DNA of 64,000 nt from Glaucostegus cemiculus. Its lineage: Eukaryota. Both the position numbers and the translations under genes were made by a program. Shown here piece after piece: positions 39,576 through 52,855 of the stretch (position 1 is its first letter; every line of letters begins with the position of its first letter). Location: contig CDPCPM010000370.1 of the NCBI GenBank assembly GCA_976551045.1, positions 1,984,001-2,048,000 of the forward strand. The letters run 5' to 3'. The notes beneath the pieces were generated by a model. That model had not been told where the DNA came from. It was given only the letters and a program-made list of their open reading frames with translations, and searched no databases.

Positions 39576-40519
39576 CTGAGGAACAATGGGGAGAATAGTT
39601 CATTACCCGAGGAGAATAAAAGGGATAAAAAGCTGATCGTTTCAGGCATGAAGGAATGCGATTCAGGCTGAAAATTAAATGTATGGCACTTTGGCTCTGC
39701 GACCTGTTTCTGTTCCAGGGTCTTGGAAAATGAGGAGGTTGCGGATCTTTTCTGTTCAAGTCGGAAAGGTTCTGTAAATAGTAATTTGAATTTGGACCAC
39801 AGAAACAAATCACCGGCACCCTCTCATCCATGTTTGTGTTATTTTTCCACTTTACCTCCTGGACGTTTGTTGAATGTCGCCAAATGCATTTCTCTCTTGG
39901 CTCGCCTCCTTCGTTCGCTTTTCAGCATCAACATAATTACATATTTTCTGCCCCCGTCGTTTCAGTGAGTGGAACTTCATAGTTATTTTGAATGTGCTCA
40001 ATTTTTACAATATTAAGGAAATGACGTTAAAACTTGCTGATGCAAGAACACTGATATTAAAGTAAAAATTACAGGAAACACTGAGCATGTCAGACATCGT
40101 GTGCGCCAAGTGAAGGGCTGAGTTAAGCGTTCAAGCAGAAGACCCCTCCTGAGATTGCTAGGCATACACCACAGCCTGAGATTTGCAACAAACTGCTTCT
40201 CTGACTTTCTGTTATCATACTGTGGGTTCCCTCTTGAGCCACGTCCTGGAAAGTACCCCGATGGTAACCCTGGCCTCACTCTATCACCGATATTCCGATT
40301 ATCCCTGCCATCCCTCGTCTCCCAAGATAACTTGTTTACCTTTTCCCACTTCTGACGGTTGTGTTTCATAAACTGCTGGTCCTGATTTGCTTTCTGCAGA
40401 TTTGCTTAACGCGCTGACTGTACTCGACTATTTACTTTATTGTAGCTCTCCAAAACAGTCCACCTTTTACTTCTGCCCAACCACTTCCCGCCAAATCACC
40501 TCCCCCCAGCTCTCCTCAC

Positions 40520-40828
40520 CTTCCTCCTTGCGGATGGAACCTCTTTTTGGAGTCGGCATCTCCTCGTGGCTGACCACGCAATGGAACTCATCCCCACTCA
40601 ACCAGGCTTGCGTCGAGATGTTCAGTTTGCTGATCTCACTGTCGGGGGACTCTTCGAGTGGGACGGCAATCTCTGATTTCAACTCCGTATTTTCTCGGCT
40701 CCACGTAACTTTGACCCCATAAGGTGCATGAGAGATGACGCAGGTTAAGGTAACGGTCGGCTCCAGTAAGACCTGTTCCACTGAAGGTGGATGAATCGTA
40801 ATCTGTTCTTCTTCGCAAGGGAGAATAT
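40520..40828 (-). CDS. IGHM: IgM CH3 exon
   Basis: [30 protein letters not shown]...[20 protein letters not shown]...IRKEE G|gtgag; phase-1 splice sites intact. Confidence 0.95.
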
Positions 40829-41136
40829 CTGTGACAGAGAAGTGAATATCAATCCAAGAATCACTGGCAGAAGTTGCAATGCAATATTTACCCTCCACTC
40901 CGTCCGATTAAGTAAAGTTTGCATGTCAGCCTCTCGCTGCTGCCTGAACGCTGCAGTCATTTTCAGATCACTTAGCGCCAGAACCAAATAGAAGCTGTAC
41001 GTGTACTATCTATTTTGCCCAAATGACATAGGTTTTGAAGTGAAAAGCAAACAAATAAAACCATTATGGCACGTATGTTAAAATAGACCTCTGAAATTAA
41101 TCCTCCAGGAATGTCTTCCTACTTACTGCGATGAAG

Positions 41137-43543
41137 GCGACTCATTCTTGGAGCAGTTAGTCTGTGAGCCGACCAGGGGGAAGGCTATACTGGATTTAGT
41201 GCTGTGTAATGAGCAGGATTTGGTAAAGGAACTTGAGGTAAAGGAGCCAGTGGGCGGTAGTGACCATAATATGATAAGTATTTATCTACAATTGGAGAAG
41301 GAAAAGAGCAAATCAGAAGGGTCAATGTTGCAGTTGAATAAAGGAGACTATGGAGCCATGAGGGAGGAGCGAGCTAAAGTTGACTGGGAGGGCATCCTGG
41401 CGGAATTGAAAGTGGAACAGCAGTGGCAGGTATTCTTGGGAATAATGAACAAGGTGCAGGATCGGTTCATTCCTCGGAGAAGGAAAGACTCAAGGAGGGG
41501 AAAGGGGCCGTCGTGGCTGACAAAGGAGGTCAGAGGTAGCATTGTGTTAAAAAGGAAGAGGTATGGCAGAGCTAAGCTGAGTGGGAAGACAGAAGATTGG
41601 GAAATTTTTAAGGTGCAGCAGAATTTAACTAAAAAAGAAATTAGGAAAGAGAAAATAAGGTATGAAAGCAGGCTGGCCAGGAATATTAAGAAGGATAGTA
41701 AAAGTTTTTTTAGGTATGTAAAGAAAAAGAAGTTAGTTAGGAAAAATGTCGGGCCCTTGAGGACTGAATCGGGTGAGATAATTACGGGAAACGGAGATGG
41801 CGGTCGAATTAAATAAGTACTTTGGATCTGTCTTCACTGGGGAAGACGTAAGAAATCTCCCAGAAGTACGGGTGGAAAAAAGGCAGAGGGAGACAGAGGA
41901 AGTGAAGTGGTTTGATATTCAGAAGGATATGGTGATGGGTAGACTAATGGGACTGAAGACGGACAAATCCCCGGGTCCGGATGGTCTGCATCCCAGGGTA
42001 CTTAAGGAGGTGGCCCTAGAAATTGTGGATGCATTGGTGATCATTTTCCGTTGTTCTTTAGATACGGGGTCAGTTCCTGAGGATTGGAGAGTGGCTAATG
42101 TTGTCCCACTTTTTAAGAAAGGAGGGAGGGAGGAAATGGGGAACTACCGTCCAGTTAGCCTCACGTCTGTGGTGGGGAAGATGATAGAATCCCTTATTAA
42201 GGATGAGATAGTGGCATATTTGGACAGCAATGATAGGATTGGGTCGAGTCAACATGGATTTACCAAGGGCAAATCATGCTTGACTAATCTATTGGAATTT
42301 TTTGAGGAGGTAACCAGGAAAATAGATGAGGGAGAACAAGTGGATGTTGTATATCTCGACTTTCAGAAGGCATTTGATAAGGTGCCGCACAGGAGATTGG
42401 TGTGTAAGATTAGGGCTCACGGAATTGGAGGGAGGATATTAGCATGGATAGAAAACTGGTTGGCAGGTAGGAAGCAAAGAGTAGGGGTGAATGGATGTTT
42501 CTCAGAGTGGCAGGCCGTGATTAGTGGGGTGCCACAGGGCTCTGTGCTGGGACCTCAGCTTTTTACGATTTATGTTAATGGTTTAGAGGAAGGCATTGAG
42601 AATAGCATTAGCAAGTTTGCTGACGATACAAAGTTGGGTGGTAGTGCGACAAGTGTAGAGGAAGTAAGGAAAATTCAAAGTGACTTGGACAGGTTGGATG
42701 AATGGGCGGTAACTTGGCAGATGAAGTTTAATGTGGAAAAGTGTGAGGTTATTCACTTTGGGAACAGGAACGGGAAGGCGAATTATTTTCTGAATGGTGT
42801 GGAGCTTGGCAAGGGGGAAAAACAAAGGGATTTTGGAGTATGTGTGCATCATTCACTGGAAGTGAATGAGCAAGTACAGCAGGCAGTAGCGAAGGCAAAT
42901 GGAATGTTGGCCTGTATTACAAGGGGAATTGAGTACAAAATCAAAGAGATTCTTCTGCATTTGTACAGGGCCCTGGTGAGACCGCTGCTGGAGTATTGTG
43001 TACAGTTTTGGTCTCCGGGATTAAGGAAGGATATCCTGGCTAGAGAGGGTGTGCAGCGTAGGTTCACAAGGTTAATTCCAGGGATGTCAGGACTGACTTA
43101 TGCTGAGAGGTTGGAGAGACTGGGTTTGTACACGCTAGAATTGAGAAGCTTAAGAGGGGATCTGATTGAGACACATAGGATTATTAAAGGTTTGGACAGG
43201 ATAGAGGTAGGAAACATGTTCCAGATGTTGGGGAAATCCAGGACCAGAGGCCATAAGCTTAGAATTAAGAGTATGCCATTTAGGACAGAAGTGAGGAGAA
43301 ACTTCTTCTCACAAAGGGTGGTAAATCTGTGGAATGCACTGCCTCAGAGGGCAGTGGAGGCCAATACACTGGGCACTTTCAAGGAAGAGTTAGATAGATT
43401 TCTTATAGATAGGGGAATCAGGAGATATGGGGACAAGGCAGGAACAGGTTATTGAGGGTAGATGATCAGCCATGATCTCAAAATGGCGGAGCAGACTCGA
43501 AGGGCCGAAAGGTCTACTTCTGCTCCTATTGTCTATTGTCTAT
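41137..43543 (+). mobile_element. 5'-truncated CR1 LINE (end of endonuclease plus reverse transcriptase of ORF2), antisense in the CH2-CH3 intron
   Basis: ORFs 41148-41816 and 41797-43455 joined by one frameshift. Motifs ILDLVL, SDHN, KSPGPDG, DFQKAFDKV, GVPQGSVLGP, KFADDTK; 3' tail with tattgtc repeats. Confidence 0.95.
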
Positions 43544-44541
43544 GCCTGTCCACGACCACCTTCCCACACACCCGGCACCTGGACTGTATTTCCTGACTCA
43601 ATCGCAGGATTCAGGTGTAAAGGAGGCAGACTGCAATATCTCAACGCGAATGGCAATGGATATTCTGAATTTCAGACCCATCAGGAAACTAGCAATTCTT
43701 CGGGGTGGGCTGAATTCCTGACATATGCAGTAAAGGCAAAAGGCAACGGTGCGGAAACAACCACCGGCCTGAGTGGTGTGTTTGCATGGCGGAGGTGGGT
43801 GTGAATTTTGGATTGTATGGGATTCCTTTTTCTGCGGAATTGGCCCACAACAGCTTCCGGTAATGACGTGACGTGATCACTGCAAGTACGCTCGCTACTG
43901 GGGGTGAACCAGACGGAAATAGACGCAGACAGCAGGACAGAGGAACAGGTGGAGGACGTTCTATCCTTTTAATCAACGTCCCCTTTCATGTAGATCACTC
44001 ACGACTGGCCGAAGAGCCAGGTATTAATCTGACCCTCTTCTCTTACTGGAGGCGTCCAATTTCAGTCGCTTTCTGAGGAAATATTTCCTTAATTCTGTTT
44101 GTCGGCATCATTCTGAATTTTAACTTTAATATTGTGGTTCCGTTTGGGAAACCTATCTAAACATAGCAACACTCTATTTCATCTTCCAATCCCATTAAAT
44201 CTCTATTTCCTCTATTCTATTCAGTTGTGATGTCATCAACCGTTATTCACTGTCGTCGCATAAATCAATCAATTCCTCTCTCATTCTACTGAATGAACAT
44301 TCCGCCCTCCGAAGCTTTCTAAAGTAACGAAGCCGGAAGGAAATCCATAATTCCTTCCTGGAAATGGGTCTCTGCACTGTGGTCAGAAAGCATTTTCAGC
44401 CATCTTCTACCTCTGACCAGCGAAGAGCACCAAGAATAGAATATGAACCTGTACAGTGGGTTGTTTTAATGTCAATGAAAGCCCTATCTAATACCGAACG
44501 GCACAGTGAGATCGAAAATTTTATAACGAAGAGTCACTCAC

Positions 44542-44853
44542 TTTCAGAGGAGCTTATGTTTCGACTCTGCGTGTCGGCTCTATGTGTGACCTTGCAAGTA
44601 TAAACCGAATCACTGAACCATTCTCTGTCTGAGAATGTCACCTGGCTGGTCAACGAGAAGTTCCCGTTCATCTCAATAACGGGAGAGGTTACGACGCCGG
44701 AATTCAGAAGCTCTCCATTCCTCAGCCAGGCCACGGTTATATGCGCTGGACGGAAGTCGCTAATCGAACATACGACGGTCGCTTTTCTGCTGCTTCTGAT
44801 TTCCTCAAGGGAATTCACCGTGATGATGACGTTTGGATGATGCACCTCTCGAC
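44542..44853 (-). CDS. IGHM: IgM CH2 exon
   Basis: GREVHHPNVIITVNSLEEIRSSRKATVVCSISDFRP...WLRNG...EWFSDSVYTCKVTH...SRNISSSE; splice sites intact. Confidence 0.95.
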
Positions 44854-45798
44854 CTTGGAGAAAATAAACGAAATTGGAATTGTTTCTGCAATACAGCTAA
44901 TTGAAAATCAAGTAGAATCGAGTCCCAGAGCAGACGACATATGCTTGAGACATTCGACCTTCCCTGAGCACCCAGTACCCTCTCTTCACTTCTCCCCAAC
45001 TAATGCAGTCTTCTGAGCATTTCAACCCTGTGATCTATCCAGATCCTTCATAACCACTCTCATGACGTCCCCCTCATATTTTTACCTGTGTGGTAAAAAT
45101 ATGCCACATTTTTCTTGTTCTTTGGATAGTACAATTCTGCTGGTAATGATGTCATGGTCATGGTCGCCAGTGTGCAGCACACTCCCCGACAAATGTGTGT
45201 CCGTCTTTTGCAAATTGAGAAGCACGTTGCATTACTGCAACTCCCTGTAATCGTAGGTGGACTTGCTTTTGAAATTTCATGACTTCTGGTGAAACAATCT
45301 GCTGCAGGAACTCAACTGATGGAGTCGCAACTCTGGGGTTGCGTGAACGGTGGACGTTTCGTGTCGAAACGCTGCATCAGTTCTGACTTTCTCCAGCAGA
45401 TTGTTTGTTGCTCCAGATGCCAGCACCTGCAGTCTCTTGTTTCTCCCCTTGAATAGTTTATGGGTCGGCCCAATCCCCTTTGTTCTGGCAAAAAAATTGC
45501 GATTAATTAATGTTTTATCTTCCACTGACTCCTAAAATCATAAATTGTGTGCAGTGGTTCAGATTTAACCTGCAATCTGGAACTATGTCCAGTTATTATT
45601 AAAAGTACTTTCGATACCTCGCTGCGTATCATGTTGATATCAGTAGACTGTACTGCACATTTAACGTGGTAGAAAATGGAAACAAGCAGAGGACATCATG
45701 TCGAGTATTATTATTATTTTTTAGCACAACTTCAACCTTCATTCAGTTATTATCACATCCTGCACCCCAAGCCAGACATTGAATTCCCAGACTCTAAC

Positions 45799-46095
45799 CT
45801 GGCATTTGAACTTTGTACTCCAAGCTGCTGTACTGCACCACACAGTAAATGGCTTTGCTCTCCGCCTCTGCCTCGCTGACGGTCAGCTGGCTGATTCGAG
45901 AGTAAGTTCCGTTCTCTTTTAACACTGCCGGATATGTCTTAAGTCCGATGGTGATCGGCTCGTTATCTTTCTTCCAGGAAACGCTGATGCCGTTCGGGAG
46001 GTAGTCCATCGCCAAACAGCCGAAGGTTACCGAGTCAGCTGGACTCGGTTGCTTACAGGAGAGGAGGGCGTAGAGAGAGGGGGGAGACGGTTTGG
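45799..46095 (-). CDS. IGHM: IgM CH1 exon
   Basis: AKPSPPSLYALLSCKQ...VTFGCLAMDYLP...SWKKDNEPITIGLKTYPAVL...SQLTV...IYCVV...QMP G|gttag. Confidence 0.95.
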
Positions 46096-49000
46096 CTGGA
46101 AAGAATGGTCACGTGAATACATTAAATCTGCGTCACAATGCTCGCATGATATTCAAATAATTCAATAAGTTGCATCGTAAAATAATGCTCAATGTATTCA
46201 CAACCTGCTGTTTCCGTATTTAACTCTCCGTACAATATTGCGCTTGGACCAATGTTGTCGCAAAAATGATTTCGAATATTTTACAATCAATTATTCCCTT
46301 CGACAAAAGTAGTCGTTAACAACGCCAAACCTATAACATTAAAGCAACATTCAGTAAATTTCCATGGAACAAAGATGACCTGAGAACTCAGAAAACAAAC
46401 AATAATACTGGGTATTTTACAGAAGGTGACATGGACCTTGATACCCCACAGCCATAAACAATCTACAAAGCAAAAGTGGGGAGTGTGTTGGAATACTTTA
46501 CCCGGACCTGTAAGTGAATATCTCCCAGAACACACAGAAATAGGCAGAGTTCATGTATCAAAACTTGTCAGTTGTTTGCTACAATTTCATTCTCCATGTG
46601 CCATTTGCGTGCTTTGTTTGTGTCAATCCTGATCTATTTTTCGATCGACGGGCAACATGCCAGGATATCCTCAACACCTCTCCTGGCTAGCATTGCACTG
46701 TCCGAGTGATCATTGAAATACTACGGTCTGTCAAGACAGTCCATTCCATGTAGCATCCTGACTTGCAAATTTCTTGTCGGAACATCATCGTTCCCTTGCC
46801 TGGTTGTGGCATCTTTCCGACCAATATTAATGTGGGACTGCCTTCACTGGTCCAATAAAGTCATTCACCATGACACACTCTATTACACCTACTGCAGAAG
46901 CGTGCAAATAAGGACTGGCCTTGTTGATGCCCCAAAATAAGCGAATGAATTAAACAATAATAAGATGTACATCTTCATTTGAGTTATATCGATTGTTTAT
47001 ATTTCCCACTGTGTCAAAGGGAGTCAATTTCTCCCAATGAATATTGACAACCATCGGAGAAATACGATATTCCCACTGTCACACTTCCATGTAAACTATG
47101 CTCTCTTACAAATGCCCAATAATTCGGGCTGATTCTCCCTCCGCGCACCTACAAAATGGGTAATTCATAATGGGTGATTAAACTGACAATCAGCGCGTCA
47201 TTGTGACATGGAAGAAGCGTTCAGGAAAAATGCGGCTGAAAACAAACAGAGAGCACTGGCGGTCAGCATTGAAATCGTGCAGTAGGAGATGTGAGACAGA
47301 TGCACTCCGTGCCGCCGTGCTACAGGCCGTCATTATCTCCGCCAGGACAGACCTACCAAGGTCTCTGTTTAACCTGTATGGAACGTTAATATCAAAGGCA
47401 AGACTGGTCTGCGGTATTGTCGGCAAACGAGTCTCCACTAACGATGGATTTATTCCTCCTGCAAAGAAAAGCTATCTTACTGCCGCTGTAGTTTACTAGG
47501 ATGGCAAAATTAATTTTCATAAACTCCCACCGTTACTCTTGATCCCCTAAATTGATACCGGTTCCCGTTCTCACCACTTAATTTCTTGAAATGACGTTCA
47601 AACTCCTCTAATAGAAAAGGAGTGTGTGGTTTACGAAGCCCCAGCGTCAGTGGCTGAAACTGTCATCACAGCTAATTAATTCAACCAGTGACCGCCGCAC
47701 TACGTTCTTCCGGTTTTGAGCAATTATTCGAAGGACGCAATTGACCGGATTACTTAATCGATTTATGGGTCTTATCTGGCGTAGAAGTTCTATTTTCTGT
47801 GAGCGATCATGAGATTTTTCAGCAGTGACTATAATTATAGATTCTTCCTGAAGAGGAAAAGAAAAATCCTCTCTCCATTCAACCTCTTGGCCGGATCCCT
47901 CAAGAATCATCAGCAACAAACAATCCGCTGGAGGTACTCAGTGGTCGAACAGTATCTGTGGGAGGAATGGAATAGTCCTGATGCAGGGACTCCACCCACA
48001 GAATTCCTCCAGCAGATTGCTTGTTGCTCCAGATTCCAGCATCTGCAGTCCCCAGTTTTTCCCTTGGTATCTTGACGACTCTGTATTCAAGGTAGAATGT
48101 GGGATGCAATACTTCCAGAATTAAAATGACAACCTATATACTCGGATAGGCAATTCAAAACAATAGGTTTTATTAAGGACTTTAACACGGTCCTGTCCAG
48201 GAAAACAGAAATGTGTGAATAATTGACGTCAGATGGAATTAAATATTTGTCAACACGTTGAAGCTTTGACTTCACTGTAATATGTTCGGAAATCAACGTA
48301 ATTGGGGAGAGATAGAAGCGTTGGAAGAATTCTAAATCGCCATTTGTTGCTGGAAAATTATGTCACGGATTGCTACGATGCCTTGAATTAAACTAGACTT
48401 GTTTAAGCCTCGTAACGTGTAATATCAGAGAGTCATTTGAACTAACGGTACGCCTTGACCAGGACAAATTATCGAATTCATAACAAGGGATCGTCGGTGC
48501 GGGGTGAGGCAGGGGGGCTGTTAATGTTTTGATGTTTTTGTCCAGGTGTCCTTTATTGTCTTTGATGTCTTTTGCATATGTATATGTGTAAGTGAAAATC
48601 GATAAATCGATCCTGAATTTAAGTTCAATCCCCTTAGCTTTTAAGGTGTAATGATCTATACTATGTATTCTGCCAAGTGTGTATGTGTCTCTGTTGGTTG
48701 TTATGTCATTTTTTTTGTATGGGACGAGCACCTGAGGAGGACGGTATATCGCTCCTCTGCATACTTTGTATGTATGTGGTTGTGACAATAAAACTGATTC
48801 TGATTCTGATTCTGATATTCTGATGTATGCAGAGGAATAAAATATTTGATATAATCTCATATCACAAATCTATTTGTCTAATATTACCAAATCCTAAACA
48901 AATTATGTATTCTGGATTCCGGAATTACTTTATAATTATATTAATATATAAGTGCGAAAAAGGCGGACCTGTACAGCAGATCAGGCAGAATGTCTGAGAT

Positions 49001-50219
49001 AGAATCCGCGTGATGATTTGAGGTCAAAGGAGTATTCGTAGTGAAAGTGCCGACATAAAGAACAGTATCGCCACTACCACCAGAGCCCCACCATCGTGGT
49101 GATGATAGCTTTTGCCTGAGCACGCGTATCACAAATGATCGCATGAGCTCCAGCGTCCATTTCACAAAGGATAAGCAAAGCCAGAACGCCTGGCAAAGTG
49201 AAAATCATGACTTGAAAATAAACCCATATTTTAATGATGCAGCTAAAAAGGGCAGTTTGCAGTAAGTGCAGGGCCTGTTGTTCTGCAACATATCAAATAA
49301 ACGTGTCTGCGGAGACACGTGGAAATAAGGAAAAAGGAGGAATGGGGGGGGGCGTGTTGTTCTGCTCGGATCTGGTATTCACCGTTGGGCAGAGAAACTC
49401 TTTGTACCCATGTTTTTGAAAAAATATTTTTACTCGAATGATCTACGAATATCTATGCATATATTCCGGCATCAGTAAAACTACCAAGTGCAATTCAAAT
49501 GGACGAGAAGAATCAATTCATATCAACTGAGGGACGAGAGCAACCTTCGTAATAAATGGAGCGCACCAATTAAAGTATATTGCTGTTCACTGAACCGATT
49601 CTGCTAATCTACCTTCAAGATGATGGTTGTTTGTACAAATGCGAAATCACCGTGAAGAAAATGAGTTATTATTTAACTCAAAACAAATATTATCATTTTT
49701 TACATAAATCCAACGACTTACGTTTTCTCTGACTATTTTAGTTCTTAGTCTTTTGCAACCTGCAGCTCAATTAAGTTCACCTGGAAATCTATGAACAATT
49801 CTTTGATTCACATCATATCTTTTCATGATCCGCATACACTTTAAAAGGGGTTAATAATAATCGTGTCACTTTTGAATATCAAAAGAGAAATATTGTTGCC
49901 CTTCAAGGTCAGAACTTCGCAAGACGACAGAAACATTAAAATAACTTGAGATTTACAACCTGCATTTCATTTGTTATGAAAAAGGAATTACTCCTCTGAC
50001 TTGATAATAACAGTATTAGTCATAATAACAATAATAAGAAAAATATAAATAAACCTCACGCCTCTAAATATAATGACTGCCCTATGTTGGTCCGCTGATT
50101 TCAAAGTTATAATATTTATTTTGTCTGGGAAAGATACAGCAAACGTTAACTTTATTCAGTCCACAATAGATGTCTACAACCTAATTGACCTCAAATAAAA
50201 GGACATTGATTTAAAGTGA

Positions 50220-50445
50220 TACAAAAGGCACTGGAGGAAATCAGTGGGTCAGCCAGCATATGTGGAAAGAATAGACAGTCTGCGTTTTAGGTCGAGGTCC
50301 TTCATATGGACTCGAAATGTAGGGTCCAGAGAAAGGGTCTCGACACAAAACGTTGACTGTCCATTTCTGTCCACCGATGCTATCTGATCCGCCAAGTTCC
50401 TCCAGCACTTTTTATGTTGTTCCAAATTCCAGCATCTGCACTCTC
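50220..50445. repeat. Member of an abundant short dispersed repeat family. Related copies near 14030, 18125, 24200-24340, 31780-31950, 40070-40420, 45280-45445 and 47950-48065.
   Basis: Shared words ctggagga(a)ctcagc..gtcag.cagc, gatgct..ctga.ccgc..agttcctccagca and ttccagcatctgca. Confidence 0.6.
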
Positions 50446-51028
50446 TTGGCCATCGATTTAAAGCATCCTTCAGGAATCTCGACGGTATTATATATCACGC
50501 TGGCGTCACTAATATTAATTTACCTCTCCTTTTGTTTTAGCAAATTGTCATGTATATTCTTTGAAGTATTTCATTCAATTTCGCATTATGAACACTGCAA
50601 TAAGAAGTTGACGATTGGATTATGATAATCACTGAAGCAAATTCTTTATATAATTTTAAATATTTTTAAATATATGAATCGAGTCTATTTAGGCTTACGG
50701 TATTTCTGCTTCTGTTTTGTTTTCAAACTGACAACAGTGCAATGTCACTCAATTTAACTTCTGCAGAAACGCCGAGGTATTTTGCAATAATCCGGAAACA
50801 CACCCTCCTCAGCAGTTTAACAACAAAGGAATAAATCCCACAACAGCGCATCTGTTTTTTTTGTGTGTGCAGACATAGCTTAACTTAAAGCGCCCATTCA
50901 GCAGAAGCGAATGACCCATTTCAATGAAATCTCTGGAATCACTCCGCAGGATACTAACTGCAGCCATTCTTAAAATAACATGAACAAAATCAAAACAGCT
51001 GAACAGCAAAAAAAGACAGACAGATTGA

Positions 51029-51342
51029 NNNNNNNNNNNNNNNNNNNNNNNNNNNNNNNNNNNNNNNNNNNNNNNNNNNNNNNNNNNNNNNNNNNNNNNN
51101 NNNNNNNNNNNNNNNNNNNNNNNNNNNNNNNNNNNNNNNNNNNNNNNNNNNNNNNNNNNNNNNNNNNNNNNNNNNNNNNNNNNNNNNNNNNNNNNNNNNN
51201 NNNNNNNNNNNNNNNNNNNNNNNNNNNNNNNNNNNNNNNNNNNNNNNNNNNNNNNNNNNNNNNNNNNNNNNNNNNNNNNNNNNNNNNNNNNNNNNNNNNN
51301 NNNNNNNNNNNNNNNNNNNNNNNNNNNNNNNNNNNNNNNNNN
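51029..51342. other. Assembly gap (314 N) in the JH-CH1 intron
   Basis: Run of N. Confidence 1.
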
Positions 51343-52004
51343 AAGAACTCAGACCCCATCCATCACGGTCAATGTGTGAAACATAACATTGGAGCATATT
51401 CAGTATATTTCTTGATTGCCGCAATATAATGCAAAATACATGAGAGTTAAAAATCTCCAGGTAGAAAATTCGCCAATAACGTCGTTCCTCAGAAAATGAA
51501 ATCAATCAGCGAAGATTGTGCTGAAGCTCAGATTAATCGAATGCAATACAGCTTGTGCATTTTGAGAAAAATAAACTAAACGTCTTCCAATTGGCTTTGA
51601 CAAAGAAATCCGGAATTGTTCTGCTTTAAGTCTTAATCAAAGCTCCAGCGAATATGATATTTCACTTCGCTCAGTACCCCAGAAAGTGGAATGCAACGTT
51701 TGCACCATAATTATTTCGATCAACAATATTTAAAATCATTTCCGATTAAGGAAGCAGAAATCACCGACTGATCAGATGACAAATTCCAGTTTACGTTTGC
51801 CAGGGACTCAATTTCCCAATGGCACTTCCTTTTGCAAGGAGTTTAATTCTGCAACCGATCTCTAAAGGAATCATAGAAACATTTTGGTGTATTCAATTCC
51901 ACATCGACGGAAACCAAACTCAAAGGAATAAATGAAGAGTAAAATAAAGAGAAATTCCGACAAAATATCAATGCAATCTTCCCTGGCTATGATAACCTTC
52001 TTAC

Positions 52005-52052
52005 CTGCAGTAACGGTCACCATGGTCCCTTGTCCCCAGTAGTTTATATAAG
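52005..52052 (-). other. IgH J segment
   Basis: YINYWGQGTMVTVTA G|gtaag. RSS at 52053-52090 (CACAGTA-22-ACAATAACA). Confidence 0.95.
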
Positions 52053-52454
52053 CACAGTATTACGTTCCATGACTGGATAGCACAATAACATGTTTTTGCA
52101 AAAGGAAATTGACAGAATTCCAATATCAGCTCAAATAATCACATTACGAATGCACATTACCTTATGACGGTTCATCGGGACCACAGACATATATTGAAGA
52201 GTATTGTGAAAAATGTGCAAACGATCTCAATGCTGCATGTGCCACAGACTGACCGAAATCTCAGTTCGCGTTTAACAATAAATAACCAGAAACTGAATGT
52301 TAATCAGTCTGTTTTCCACTGGAAATCATGGTCTAACGGTGGTCCAAACACAGAGCAACGTATTACACAGTCAATTTGATTGTTGAAGCCAGCATTAACA
52401 AATAAGTTCTGTTTCAGTGTTAAGGAGCTTTTTGTATCAACAGAAATCACTGTG

Positions 52455-52465
52455 CCATCCAGTTA
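52455..52465 (-). other. IgH D2 segment with 12/12 RSSs
   Basis: TAACTGGATGG. J-side RSS CACAGTG-12-ACAAAAAGC; V-side RSS CACAATG-12-ttggattcc (poor nonamer). Confidence 0.9.
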
Positions 52466-52845
52466 CACAATGAGATACGTAATGTTGGATTCCACCTGGG
52501 CTCTTGGGCGTAAGGTATGTTCTTAAAATTGGACTGATCGCTCTAAAAATTCATTCCAACTTCAATCAAAATGCATGACTGAGGTATTGCAATTCGTACA
52601 AGGCATAGCAATCATTAAAACGGATTGGAACAAACATGAAACATCCGTACAGATTAAAACTCGCAATGAAAATTAATGGCATTAACTATCTATAGATCTG
52701 TTTTGTTATTAGTCTGTAATTCCTGTAACTAATTTAACTCTAGGTTGATTTATTTCGGCGGTCTTGCTGTGCTGGTGATAGCCATGTGGAGGAAACTCCT
52801 TGACTGGGTTTTTTTAATAGGCATCACACAAGTTGCAGCATCGTG

Positions 52846-52855
52846 ACGCACTGTA
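52846..52855 (-). other. IgH D1 segment with 12/23 RSSs
   Basis: TACAGTGCGT. V-side RSS CACAGTG-12-GCAGAAACT (52856-52883); J-side RSS CACGATG-23-AAAAAAACC (52807-52845). Confidence 0.9.

Noticed and set aside
36535-46095. Constant region as IgW, IgNAR or TCR C
   Set aside because: Four CH domains with IgM-specific motifs, an IgM tailpiece and a WTTASTF transmembrane exon. No TCR constant exon or FGxG-type TCR J was seen in the window.
50970-51505. ORFs spanning the N run
   Set aside because: Artefacts of the assembly gap.
46100-51990. Switch region or intronic enhancer in the J-CH1 intron
   Set aside because: No tandem AGCT or G-rich array and no clear motif cluster; part of the intron is a gap.
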